From contig CAWEIJ010000003.1 in assembly GCA_963809215.1 (NCBI GenBank), positions 226,892 to 290,891 on the forward strand: a stretch of 64,000 nt of DNA, given 5' to 3'. This DNA comes from an uncultured Chloroflexia bacterium (GTDB lineage: Bacteria; Chloroflexota; Limnocylindria; Limnocylindrales; CSP1-4). A program made the position numbers and the translations under genes. Below the pieces are notes generated by a model that did not search any database, had not been told where the DNA came from, and saw only the letters and a list, made by a program, of their open reading frames with translations. Positions 35,996 to 44,878 of this stretch are shown here, piece after piece; within the stretch, counting starts at the first letter, position 1; every line of letters starts with the position of its first letter.

Positions 35996-38698
35996 GTGCG
36001 TGCCGCATCGCCCCTCAGCGACCCCACGACGCCGGCGACGCCCGCCGGGCCTGCCGGGTCGGACGACCGCCCGAACGCTGCGGCCGTGGCGTCCGACGAT
36101 GCGGCCGCGGGCTCCCCACGCGGCGCGGTCACCACTCCCGTCGTCGTCGCCGCTCCCGGTTCCGCCGCAGACGGCGACGCGATCGTCGCGGCGACCCCGT
36201 CGACCGGCCTGACCGAGGCGGAGGCGGCGTCCCGGCGCGCGGCCGGCCGCGGGAACACCGCCCCGCCGGCCACGGGCCGGACGTACGCCCAGATCGTCCG
36301 GGAGAACGTCTTCACGTTCATCAACAACGTGATCTTCGTGCTCGGCGTGCTCCTCGTGATCGTCGGCCGGCCGCTCGACGCGCTCGTCTCGCTGGGCGTC
36401 ATCGGCGTGAACATCGCGGTGAGCGTGGTCCAGGAGGTCCGGGCCAAGCGGACGCTCGACCGGATCGCCCTGCTGACGCGCCCGACGGCGACGCTCGTCC
36501 GCGACGGCGTGGAGCGCGCGGTCGGGCCCGAGGAGCTCGTGGTCGGCGACCTCGCTGCGCGTCGGCGCGGGCGACCAGGTCGTCCTCGACGGCAGGCTCA
36601 CGGTGGGCCGCCTGGAGGCCGACGAATCGCAGCTGACCGGCGAGTCGGACCTCATCCCGAAGCACCCCGGCGACCAGGTCTTCTCCGGCAGCTTCGTCGT
36701 CAACGGCGGCGGCAGCTTCGTGGTGACCGCGGTCGGCGCGGACAGCCTGGCCAACCGGATCACGGCCGGCGCCCGCACGTTCCGGCGGGTCCTCACGCCG
36801 CTCCAGTCCGAGATCAACCTCGTGATCCGGATCGCGCTCGCGGTCGTCGTCTACCTCGAGATCGTGCTCGTCCTCAACAACGTCCTCAAGCTCGTGGCAG
36901 CGGGACGCACGGTCGGCGAGGCCGCGCTCCTCGTCGGCCTCGTGCCGAACGGGCTCTTCGTCTCGATCGCGATCGCGTACGCGCTCGGCGCGGTCCGGAT
37001 CATCCGCTTCGGGGCGCTGGTCCAGCAGGCGAACGCGATCGAGTCGCTGAGCAACGTCGACGTCCTGTGCCTGGACAAGACCGGCACGCTCACCGCGAAC
37101 CGGCTCTCCGTCGAGGAGATCGTCGCGCTCGACGGCAGCGAGGACGACCTGCGGGCCCTGCTGGGCGACGTCGTCGCGAGCGCCGCGGTGCGCAACAAGA
37201 CGGCCGAGGCGATCGCGGCCGCCTGCCCGGGGACCGCCCGTCCGCTCGCCCGCGACGTGCCGTTCTCGTCCGCCCGCAAGTGGAGCGCGGTCGCGTTCGC
37301 GCCGGACGCCGCACCGGACGGCGCGCCGGACGGCGAGCCCGGTCGGGCCGGCGTCGTGGCCATGGGCGCCGCGGAGTTCCTTCGGCCCGTCCTCGGACGC
37401 GGGATGGAGGATGAGGCGGCGTGGGCCGACCTGCGCGCGCGGATGGATCCGCCTGACGAGCCGCGGGCTGCGCGTCCTGGTCGTCGCGGCGTCACCCGGA
37501 CGCGGACGCCCTGGCCGGCGACGACGACGCCCCGACGCTCCCGGCCGGGATGCGCGCGCTCGGCCTCGTCGTCCTGCGCGACGAGCTGCGGCCGGACGCC
37601 GCGGCGACGCTCGCCCGATTTGCCGCCGCGGGCGTGACGCCGAAGGTCATCTCCGGCGACGACCCGGAGACCGTGGTCGCGCTGGCCCGGCAGGCGGGCC
37701 TGGGACCGGAGATCCGCTCGGTCGCCGGGCCGGCGCTCGACGCGCATGGACGACGAGCAGCTGGCCGGCGTTGCGCTCGAGACCACGGTCTTCGGGCGGA
37801 TCACGCCGTCGCAGAAGGAGCGCCTCGTGGACGCGCTGCGGTCACGCGGCCACTACGTGGCGATGATCGGCGACGGCGTGAACGACGTCCTCTCGCTGAA
37901 GAAGGCGAACCTCGGGATCGCGATGCAGAGCGGCAGCCAGGCGGCTCGCGGCGTCGCGGACATCGTCCTGACGAACGACTCGTTCGCCGTCGCTCGCACC
38001 GGCGGTGGAGGAGGGCCAGCGGATCCGCAACGGGATGCAGGACATCCTGCGGCTGTTCCTGAGCCGGATCACGACGGTGGGACTCCTCGTCGTCACGTCG
38101 CTCGTCATCGGGATCTTCCCGATCGAGCTGCGGAACGGCTCCGTGCTGACGCTCTTCACGGTCGGCATCCCGACGGCGCTGCTCGCGGTCTGGGCGCAGC
38201 CGGGAGCCCGGCACTACGACTCGCTGGCGCGAACCCTCGCGAGGTTCGTCGTGCCCGCCGCCGTCCTCTCGAGCCTGGCCGGCCTGGCGGTCCTCTTCGG
38301 CGTCATCGTCCTCAGGCTCGGCGGCATCGAGGCGATCACGGGCGTCGAGGCCGAGGATCGGGCGGCGCTCGACGCGGCGATCACGATCGCCCAGTCGGCG
38401 CTCACCTCGTTCCTCGTGCTCGCCGGGCTCGCGCTCGTCGTGTTCGTCGAGCCGCCACGTCCCGGTCCTGGCGGTCATCGAGCCGCGGTCGCCCGACTGG
38501 CGACCGACGATCCTCGCGGGCGGGCTGGTCGCGATCTACCTGCTCATGCTCTCGTCACACGCCGGGCGCAGCGTCTTCGCCCTCCACGCGCTGGGAATCC
38601 CGGAGCTCGGCTTCGTGTTCGTCGTGCTCGCCGGCTGGGCCGTCGCCCTCCACGCGGTCTGGCGCTACCGGGTCGTCGAGCGGTTCCTGGGGATCTGA
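35996..38698 (+). pseudogene. P-type (HAD-IC) cation-transporting ATPase broken by six +1 frame changes
   Basis: Segments lie in frames 2,0,1,2,0,1,2 (track ORFs 35996.., 36603.., 37411.., 37550.., 37746.., 38005.., then to TGA 38696-38698). Shifts fall near 36554, 37450, 37498, 37745, 37992 and 38458. Motifs TGESD, DKTGTLT and MIGDGVNDVLSLKKANLGIAM are intact. Confidence 0.85.
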
Positions 38699-38788
38699 TC
38701 CCGGCGTGCGCGTGGCGCCGCGTCGGCGGCCGGGGCGACGAGCGGGCGGCGGGGGCGACGAGCGGGCAGCCGGGGCCGGGCTCCGCCC

Positions 38789-39419
38789 TCAGGCCGGCTC
38801 GACCGGCTGCCGGACCAGGGTCCGGAGCCGCTCGGGCGCCGACCGTCGTGGATCGCCGAGGTACAGCTCGTGGTGGCGACCGCGCGGGCGCAGGCCTGCC
38901 GCCGCGATCGCCGCGTGGAGCCGCTCGATCGTCGGTCGCTCCTCGGCGTACGGCCCGAGGTGGAGGACCTGGGCGACGAGGCCCTTCGTCGAATGCCGCG
39001 ATCCGCAGGTCGGGCGCGTACTCGGCGGCGAGCTTCTCGCGGCCACCGGCCAGGGCGGCCGTCAGCTCGCCCTCGGTGGCCTCGAGCGGGAGCGAGATCA
39101 GGAGCGTCCAGCGCCAGGTCCCCCGGTTGGGCCCGAGGATCTCGTCGAGGTCCGTCGACCCGTCGACGGTCCAGTACAGCCCCTCCAGCATCCCGACCCG
39201 GCGCACGACGCCACGCTTCTTGAGCGCGAACCGGAGCCCGTAGGCAGTCGCGTACAGGCCGGGCATCCTGGCGGCGAAGTTCGTCTCGCCGACGGGCCCC
39301 TCGCCGTCGATCATCACGGCGCGAATCGGCGCGACCTCCAGGAACCGGACGGCGCCGGCCCGGCCCCGGAGCTCGGCGTCGCGATCGGCCGGGTGCTCGA
39401 ATTCGATGGTCGGTGTCAT
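38789..39419 (-). CDS. GyrI-like small-molecule-binding domain protein, interrupted by one +1 insertion
   Basis: Met67 of track ORF 38544-39617 (GTGGAGG 7 nt upstream) reads to ...LRIAAFDEG. It then continues in track ORF 38789-39046 (LVAQVLHLGPYAEERPTIERLHAAI...HHELYLGDPRR). The shift lies in a C-run near 38983. Confidence 0.7.
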
Positions 39420-39534
39420 GGGCGGGCCTCCACGACTGTGACGTTCATCCTGGTTCGTGCCGCGGTGGTTGATGCCAGCTCGCGCGGGGATGGGAACGTC
39501 GCCCATACCCTGTCCTCCTGCGGTATGCGGGTTA

Positions 39535-39564
39535 CGGACATATCGATCGCGGCCGATATGTCCG
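39535..39564. repeat. perfect 11-bp inverted repeat with 8-nt spacer
   Basis: CGGACATATCG-ATCGCGGC-CGATATGTCCG, in a locally AT-richer intergenic region. Flanked by GTATGCGG (about 39522 and 39599) and its complement CGCATAC (about 39622). Confidence 0.75.
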
Positions 39565-39651
39565 CGACGGGCATCGCGGGGAGGGATCGTGGCGACCCCG
39601 TATGCGGCGGGCAGCACCGGCGCGCATACGCTGCTTCCCGACCCACGCCGC

Positions 39652-40644
39652 TCAGCCGGCCAGCCGAAGCGCCGGGAGGACCTCGGCGCCGAAGACCTCG
39701 ATGAACTCGGCCTGGTTGCGGCCGACGTTGTGGAGGTGGATCTCGTCGAAGCCCATGTCGATGTAGTGCTGGATGTTCGCGACGTGGACCCCGAGATCCG
39801 CCGACATCAGGACCCGGTTGCGGAAATCCTCCGGGCGCACGAGCTTCGCCATCGCCGCGAAGTCCTCGGGATTGCGGACGTCCTGCTTGGGGAAGGGCAT
39901 CCCTCCGTTCGGCCATTCCCGCATCGCGGCGTCGACCGCCTCGTCCTCGGTGCGCGCCCAGCTGACGTGGATCTGGAGGAGCTTCGGCATGCCGGTCGGA
40001 TCCTTGCCGGCCTCGCGGGCGCCCTCGTCGAACCTCTCCCAGAGCATCCCGATCTTCTCGTCGGCCGCGCCGACCGTGATCATCCCATCGGCGAAACGGC
40101 CGGTCTTCCTCGCGTTGACGGGCCCGGCCGTCGCGACGTAGACCGGGACCGGCGTCTCAGGCCGGGTGTAGAGCCGCAGTGACTCGAGCGTGAAATGCTC
40201 CCCGTGGTGCCGGACCACGGCGCCGCTGAAGAGCCGGGTGATGACCTCGATCGCCTCGAAGAGCATCGCCGAGCGGACGCCGATCTCCGGCCACTGCCCG
40301 CCGACCACGTGCTCGTTGATCGCCTCGCCGGCGCCGAGCCCCAGCCAGAAGCGCCCCGGGTACATCGCTCCGAGCGTGGCCGCCGCATGCGCGATGACCG
40401 CGGGGTGGTAACGGAACCCCGGGCAGGTCACCGCGGTGCCGAAGCGCAGGCTCGTCCGCGTGCCGAGCGCGCCCATGAACGCCCACGCGAACGCGGCCTG
40501 TCCCTGCTGCGGCGTCCACGGCTGGATGTGCTCGGAGACCATGAAGCCGGCCGTGAAGCCTGCGCGCTCCGCGGCTGCGCACCAGTCGAGCAGGTCCGTC
40601 GGGTGGAACTGCTCCATCATCGCCGCGTAGCCGATCTTCGCCAT
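39652..40644 (-). CDS. F420-dependent LLM-class oxidoreductase (glucose-6-phosphate dehydrogenase family)
   Basis: Met16 of track ORF 39652-40689, with GGGAGA 9 nt upstream. MAKIGYAAMMEQFHPTDLLDWCAAAERAGF...SEHIQPW... resembles the FGD-family N-terminus. Confidence 0.8.
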   Translation of the reverse strand: MAKIGYAAMMEQFHPTDLLDWCAAAERAGFTAGFMVSEHIQPWTPQQGQAAFAWAFMGALGTRTSLRFGTAVTCPGFRYHPAVIAHAAATLGAMYPGRFWLGLGAGEAINEHVVGGQWPEIGVRSAMLFEAIEVITRLFSGAVVRHHGEHFTLESLRLYTRPETPVPVYVATAGPVNARKTGRFADGMITVGAADEKIGMLWERFDEGAREAGKDPTGMPKLLQIHVSWARTEDEAVDAAMREWPNGGMPFPKQDVRNPEDFAAMAKLVRPEDFRNRVLMSADLGVHVANIQHYIDMGFDEIHLHNVGRNQAEFIEVFGAEVLPALRLAG

Positions 40645-40720
40645 CCGCCCGGATCTCCCAGCTGCCGTCCGGCCGATCGCCGGGCGCAAGGACCATTCTC
40701 CCGCAATGGCGATCGGCAGG

Positions 40721-40816
40721 GGCGCCGCCCGAGCGTGGCGCCGCCCGAGCGTGGCGCCGCCCGAGCGTGGCGCCGCCCGAGCGTGGCGCCGCCCGAGCGT
40801 GGCGCCGGCCGCGAAC
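40721..40816. repeat. 16-bp tandem repeat (GGCGCCGCCCGAGCGT) x5 perfect plus 1 degenerate, intergenic
   Basis: Units at 40721, 40737, 40753, 40769 and 40785, with a degenerate unit at 40801. Lies between the pmbA stop (40868) and the FGD-family gene start (40644). The period is not a multiple of 3. Confidence 0.9.
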
Positions 40817-40867
40817 GTCGGCCGCGGGGTCCCGCACCCGTCGACGTCGGCCGGCCCGGCCGAGCGG

Positions 40868-42241
40868 TCAGTCGCTCCCGGTCGTCCCGGTGAAGCGCCA
40901 GCTCCCGAGGCGGACCGCCGGCACGAGGACGCCGCCGAGGAAGCCCTTGAGCAGGCGCCGCTCGCTGCTGACCGCCTCCACCGCCGCGAGCGCGTCGAGG
41001 TAGGACATCGTGTAGCGGAGGTTGCGGACGGGCCCGACGATCTCGCCGCGCTCGACGAGGAACGTCCCGTCGCGGGTCATGCCAGTGATCACGGCAAGCT
41101 TCGGGTGGACCGGGTTCGTGTAGTGGAATCGCGTGACGAGGAGCCCGCGCTCGATGCCGCGGACGAGCTCGGCGCGGGGCGTGGTGCCCGCCGCCATCTG
41201 CGCGTGGAGCGGGAACGGGCCGTACGGGTTGGGGGCCGGCAGCCCGTGGCCGGTGGAGCGGCGCCCTGCCCGCGCCGCGGTCGCGCTGTCCCAGACCAGG
41301 TCCCGGCACCGGCCCGCATCGACGAGCGTGACCGGCTCGCACGCCACGCCCTCGTAGTCGAACGAGGCGGGCAGGCCGGCCGCGTCCCGGGCGTCGTCGC
41401 GGATCGTGACGAGGTCGCTCCCGATCCGTTTCCCCGGCTCGTAGAAGGAGCGCCCCTCCTCGACGGCAAGCGCGCTGAATCCGAGGTAGCCGAGCATATC
41501 GAGGATGTCGACGACGGCGTACTCGGCGAGCACGACCGGGTACTCGCCGGGCTCGAGCGCCGCCGGCCGCGCCGCGCGCTGCGCGGTCTCGGCGGCCTCC
41601 CGTCCCAGGCCGGCCGCGTCGATGGTCGTGGCGTCAACCGCGGCCGCCTCCGCGTAGCCGGTGCCGTTCTCCGGCCCCATCGAAACCGTGATGAGCTGGC
41701 TGCTGGTCCGCGCCTCGGCCGCCCGGATCCCGCGCGAGCTGGCGATCGCGACGGTCTCGACCGCCGTGGCGAACGAGCCGAAGGCAGTCACGCCGGCCGC
41801 GTCGGCCGCCGCGATGACGGCCCGCACCCCCTCGGCACGCAGCTCCGGGGACGCGCCGGCGGTCCCCTCGGAGAACGCGCTCGCCACGAGATCGATCGGG
41901 CCGGGATCGGGCAGGCCCGCCCAGTCCTCTGTCTCCTCGACGAGCTCGCTGATTCGCCCGGCTGACTCGGCCAGCCGCCGGAGCGCAGCCTCGTCGGTAC
42001 GGCCGGTGGCCGCGACCCCGACCCGCTTCCCGCGGACGAAGCGGAGGCTCACACGGACGCTCGCCTCGGCCACGTTCTGGTGGATCTCCGAGTTCGCGAA
42101 GCGCGTCAGCGCGGCGTCCGCGGCGTCGACGAGCACCTCGGCCTCGGTGGCGCCTTCGGCCCCGGCGTGGCGGAGGACGATCTCCGCGATCGCCAGCCGC
42201 TCCGCCGGCGTCCCCCCGGTCCGCATCTCGACGGCGCTCAC
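40868..42241 (-). CDS. pmbA: PmbA/TldE-family metalloprotease modulator
   Basis: C-terminal 457 codons of track ORF 40868-43507. GTG 42241 overlaps the tldD stop (GTGA). The ...GHGLPAPN...GLLVTRFHYTN... pattern is typical of the family. Confidence 0.85.
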   Translation of the reverse strand: MSAVEMRTGGTPAERLAIAEIVLRHAGAEGATEAEVLVDAADAALTRFANSEIHQNVAEASVRVSLRFVRGKRVGVAATGRTDEAALRRLAESAGRISELVEETEDWAGLPDPGPIDLVASAFSEGTAGASPELRAEGVRAVIAAADAAGVTAFGSFATAVETVAIASSRGIRAAEARTSSQLITVSMGPENGTGYAEAAAVDATTIDAAGLGREAAETAQRAARPAALEPGEYPVVLAEYAVVDILDMLGYLGFSALAVEEGRSFYEPGKRIGSDLVTIRDDARDAAGLPASFDYEGVACEPVTLVDAGRCRDLVWDSATAARAGRRSTGHGLPAPNPYGPFPLHAQMAAGTTPRAELVRGIERGLLVTRFHYTNPVHPKLAVITGMTRDGTFLVERGEIVGPVRNLRYTMSYLDALAAVEAVSSERRLLKGFLGGVLVPAVRLGSWRFTGTTGSD

Positions 42242-43683
42242 TTCATCACCCCGACCTGGACGTTGCGGAAGCGGGCACCCGAGCATGCGTGCCCCACGTG
42301 CCCGGTCTGCGACGGCTCGCCCTTGCCGCAGTTCGGCGTGCCGAGCATCACGTAGCTCGACGCGTCCGCGACCGCGTCGCAGCTCCCCCAGAACTCCGGC
42401 GTGATCCCGGTGTAGGTGGCGTTGCGGTAGAGCTGGCCGAGCACCCCGCCCTTGATCTCGTAGGCCATCTCCGTCGCGAACTGGAAGTTGAGGCGCCGGT
42501 CGTCGATCGACCAGCTCCGGTTGTGGGCGAGAAGGAGGCCGTCGTCCGTGTCCGCGATGATCTCGTCGAAGCTCATGCCCGGCTTCGGCAGGAGGTTGAT
42601 GTTCGTCATGCGGATGAGCGGGATCCTGTTCCAGCCATCGGCGCGCATCGCGCCGCCGGACTCCCGGCCGATTCGGGGTGCCGTCTCGCGGCTCGTCAGG
42701 TAGCCGGCGAGCAGCCCCGCCCTCACGAGCGGCACGGCCTGCGCCGCCACGCCCTCGTCGTCCCAGCCGAACGTGCCCATCCCGCCCGGCGCGGTCGCGT
42801 CGGCGACGATGTCGACGAGCTCCGATCCGTACCGGAAGCCAGCACCGAGCTTGTCGGTCGTCAGGAAGCTCGTCCCGGCGTAGCTCGCCTCGGTGCCGAA
42901 CACGCGATCCAGCTCCGTCGGGTGGCCGCAGCTCTCGTGGATCTGGAGATAGAGCTGGGACGGGTGCACGACGATCGTCCGGCGCCCCGGCGGCAGCATC
43001 GGCGCGGACAGGAGCGAGACCGCCTCGGTTGCCACGCGCTCCGCGTTCGCGGCGAGCCCGAGCCCCCGGATGTACTCGTACCCGGCGCCCTGCCACCCGC
43101 CGCCGGAGTCGGGGAAGCTGCGGCGCTGGAGCTCGTCGCCGTCCACCGCGCTCGCCTCGATGCCCGAGCCGACGTGGGTGATCACCTGCTCGGTGAAGCT
43201 GCCGTCCGTTGCTGCGAACGTCTTCCACTCGCGCAGCGCGCCGTATGTCGAGTCGGTAAACGCGACGCCGTCGACGCGTCGCATCGCCGCATCCGCGGCG
43301 AGCAGGTCGCCGATCTTCTCCTCGAGCGGGACCGCGAACGGATCCTCCGTCAGCGGGGTCTCGAACCTGCCGTGGGCGGGCGGCCGGCCGTCGAGCACAA
43401 CGGGCCGTCGAAGCGCCGTCGCCGAGGCCCGCGCGATCCGCACCGCCTGGGCCGCGACCCGATCCGCCTCCGCGGATGTGAGGACGTGGCTTGCCGCGAA
43501 GCCCCACGCCCCGTCAACGAGGACGCGGACGCCGAATCCCTCGCTCTCGTCCGTGGAGACGCCGGCCAACGTTCCGCTCTTGATGTCGATCGACTCTTCG
43601 AGGCGCCGGACGACCCGCACGTCAGCGTAGGCCGCTCCCCGGGCTCGGGCGGTGTCGAGCGCCCGTTCCGTGATCTCGCGCAT
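42238..43683 (-). CDS. tldD: TldD-family metalloprotease
   Basis: Met17 of track ORF 42238-43731 (TACCGT 7 nt upstream). HESCGHPTELDR metal-binding motif; GKGEPSQTGHVGHACSGARF near the C-terminus. Confidence 0.9.
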   Translation of the reverse strand: MREITERALDTARARGAAYADVRVVRRLEESIDIKSGTLAGVSTDESEGFGVRVLVDGAWGFAASHVLTSAEADRVAAQAVRIARASATALRRPVVLDGRPPAHGRFETPLTEDPFAVPLEEKIGDLLAADAAMRRVDGVAFTDSTYGALREWKTFAATDGSFTEQVITHVGSGIEASAVDGDELQRRSFPDSGGGWQGAGYEYIRGLGLAANAERVATEAVSLLSAPMLPPGRRTIVVHPSQLYLQIHESCGHPTELDRVFGTEASYAGTSFLTTDKLGAGFRYGSELVDIVADATAPGGMGTFGWDDEGVAAQAVPLVRAGLLAGYLTSRETAPRIGRESGGAMRADGWNRIPLIRMTNINLLPKPGMSFDEIIADTDDGLLLAHNRSWSIDDRRLNFQFATEMAYEIKGGVLGQLYRNATYTGITPEFWGSCDAVADASSYVMLGTPNCGKGEPSQTGHVGHACSGARFRNVQVGVMK

Positions 43684-43690
43684 GTCCCGA

Positions 43691-43696
43691 ACGGTA
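43691..43696 (-). promoter_or_regulatory. leaderless-type -10 (TACCGT-N7-ATG 43683)
   Basis: TANNNT hexamer 7 nt upstream of the proposed tldD start. Confidence 0.5.
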
Positions 43697-43801
43697 GCAG
43701 GACGGTCGGGGGCGGCGTGGCACTGTGTCATTGGGCAACGAACGTGGCACTGTCGCGTCCGCCGCCGTTGCGATTAGGCAGCTCGGCCGGGCCGGAGCGG
43801 G

Positions 43802-43889
43802 CGCCCGCCGCTGGCGCTTCGGCCGCCCACCGCTGGCGCACCGACCGCCCGCCGCTGGCGCTTCGGCCGCCCACCGCTGGCGCACCGCC
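43802..43889. repeat. 44-bp tandem repeat x2, intergenic
   Basis: CGCCCGCCGCTGGCGCTTCGGCCGCCCACCGCTGGCGCACCGAC repeated almost perfectly (43802-43845 and 43846-43889), with an internal 22-bp half-repeat. Lies between divergent tldD and the SRPBCC gene. Confidence 0.85.
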
Positions 43890-44022
43890 GCACGCCGTTG
43901 CCGCACCCGCCGCATCGGGCCGCGCGCGGAGGCGCATGATCGAGGGGCCGCCGCGTCGGCAGGCCGGCCGCGCACTGACCGTCCGGACACGACCACGCGG
44001 CACAGGGAAGGGATGTGCCTTG

Positions 44023-44763
44023 ATGCGGAAGCTCCGCAATCTCGTGGCGTTCGTCGCGGGGACCGTCACGCTTGGGGGAGCGGCACTGTGGTTCACGGTC
44101 CGGCCCTGGTGGCATCGCTGGGGAGTGGATCCCGACGAGGCGGCGAGGCCGCTGCCTGGCGACGACGTCGTCCCGGACGCGCCGATCAGCGACACGCGCG
44201 CGATCACGATCGCGGCGCCGCCGTCCGCGGTGTGGCCCTGGCTCGTGCAGATGGGCTTCGGGCGCGGCGGCTGGTACAGCTACGACGTGATGGACATGAA
44301 GGGCTCGAGCGCCGACCGGATCCTTCCCGAGCTCCAGGATCTCGCCGTCGGCGACACCGTGCCGACGAGCCCCGGCGGCGGGTTCGAGGTGAAGGCGATC
44401 GAGCCGGGGCACGCGCTGGTCCTCTACCTCGACACGCAGCTGGTGCGAGCGCAGGCCGAGGCGGTCAGGTCGGGGGCGTCCGAGGCGGCGCCGGTCAATC
44501 TCCAGGCCGGTGGCGCATTCATGGGCATGGCCCAGCCGACCGAGTTCTCGGCCACGTGGTCCTTCGTGGTGGAGCCCCTCGGCGACGACAGGGCCCGGCT
44601 GATCGAGCGATTCAGGATCCGGTTCGACGGGGGCGACAGGCCCTGGATGAAGGCCACGCTCCCGCTGATGGGGTTCGGTGTCTTCACGATGGTGCGCCGG
44701 CAGCTCCTCGGCATCCGGGACCGGGTCGAGGGTGCCGACCTTCGACCACCCAGGGCCGCGTAG
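44023..44763 (+). CDS. SRPBCC-superfamily protein with N-terminal TM anchor
   Basis: In-frame ATG 44023 of track ORF 42289-44763 (GGGAAGGGA upstream). MRKLRNLVAFVAGTVTLGGAALWF..., IAAPPSAVWPWLVQMGFGRGGWYSYD. Confidence 0.7.
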   Translation: MRKLRNLVAFVAGTVTLGGAALWFTVRPWWHRWGVDPDEAARPLPGDDVVPDAPISDTRAITIAAPPSAVWPWLVQMGFGRGGWYSYDVMDMKGSSADRILPELQDLAVGDTVPTSPGGGFEVKAIEPGHALVLYLDTQLVRAQAEAVRSGASEAAPVNLQAGGAFMGMAQPTEFSATWSFVVEPLGDDRARLIERFRIRFDGGDRPWMKATLPLMGFGVFTMVRRQLLGIRDRVEGADLRPPRAA

Positions 44764-44866
44764 GGGAGCCGGGCGGGATCGTCCGCGGAGCGTGGCCGCC
44801 CCGAACGGGGAGTTCGGGCGGTCGCCGCCATCGACACGGGCGGTCGCCGCTCCTCCGTCGCGCGAC

Positions 44867-44872
44867 TAGAGT
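44867..44872 (+). promoter_or_regulatory. leaderless-type -10 (TAGAGT-N6-GTG 44879)
   Basis: TANNNT hexamer 6 nt upstream of the DUF2029-like membrane protein start. Confidence 0.5.
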
Positions 44873-44878
44873 GACCGC

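Noticed and set aside
35996-38698. Programmed ribosomal frameshifting in the P-type ATPase
   Set aside because: Six shifts in one gene, all in the same direction, occur at unrelated sequences without slippery heptamers or downstream structures. Similar single-base shifts occur in unrelated genes across the window. Indel error or pseudogenisation is far more likely.
40721-40816. CRISPR array?
   Set aside because: The 16-bp units are directly contiguous with no spacers, the unit is too short, and no cas genes are in the window. It is a simple tandem repeat. The same reasoning applies to the arrays at 12585-12654 and 43802-43889.
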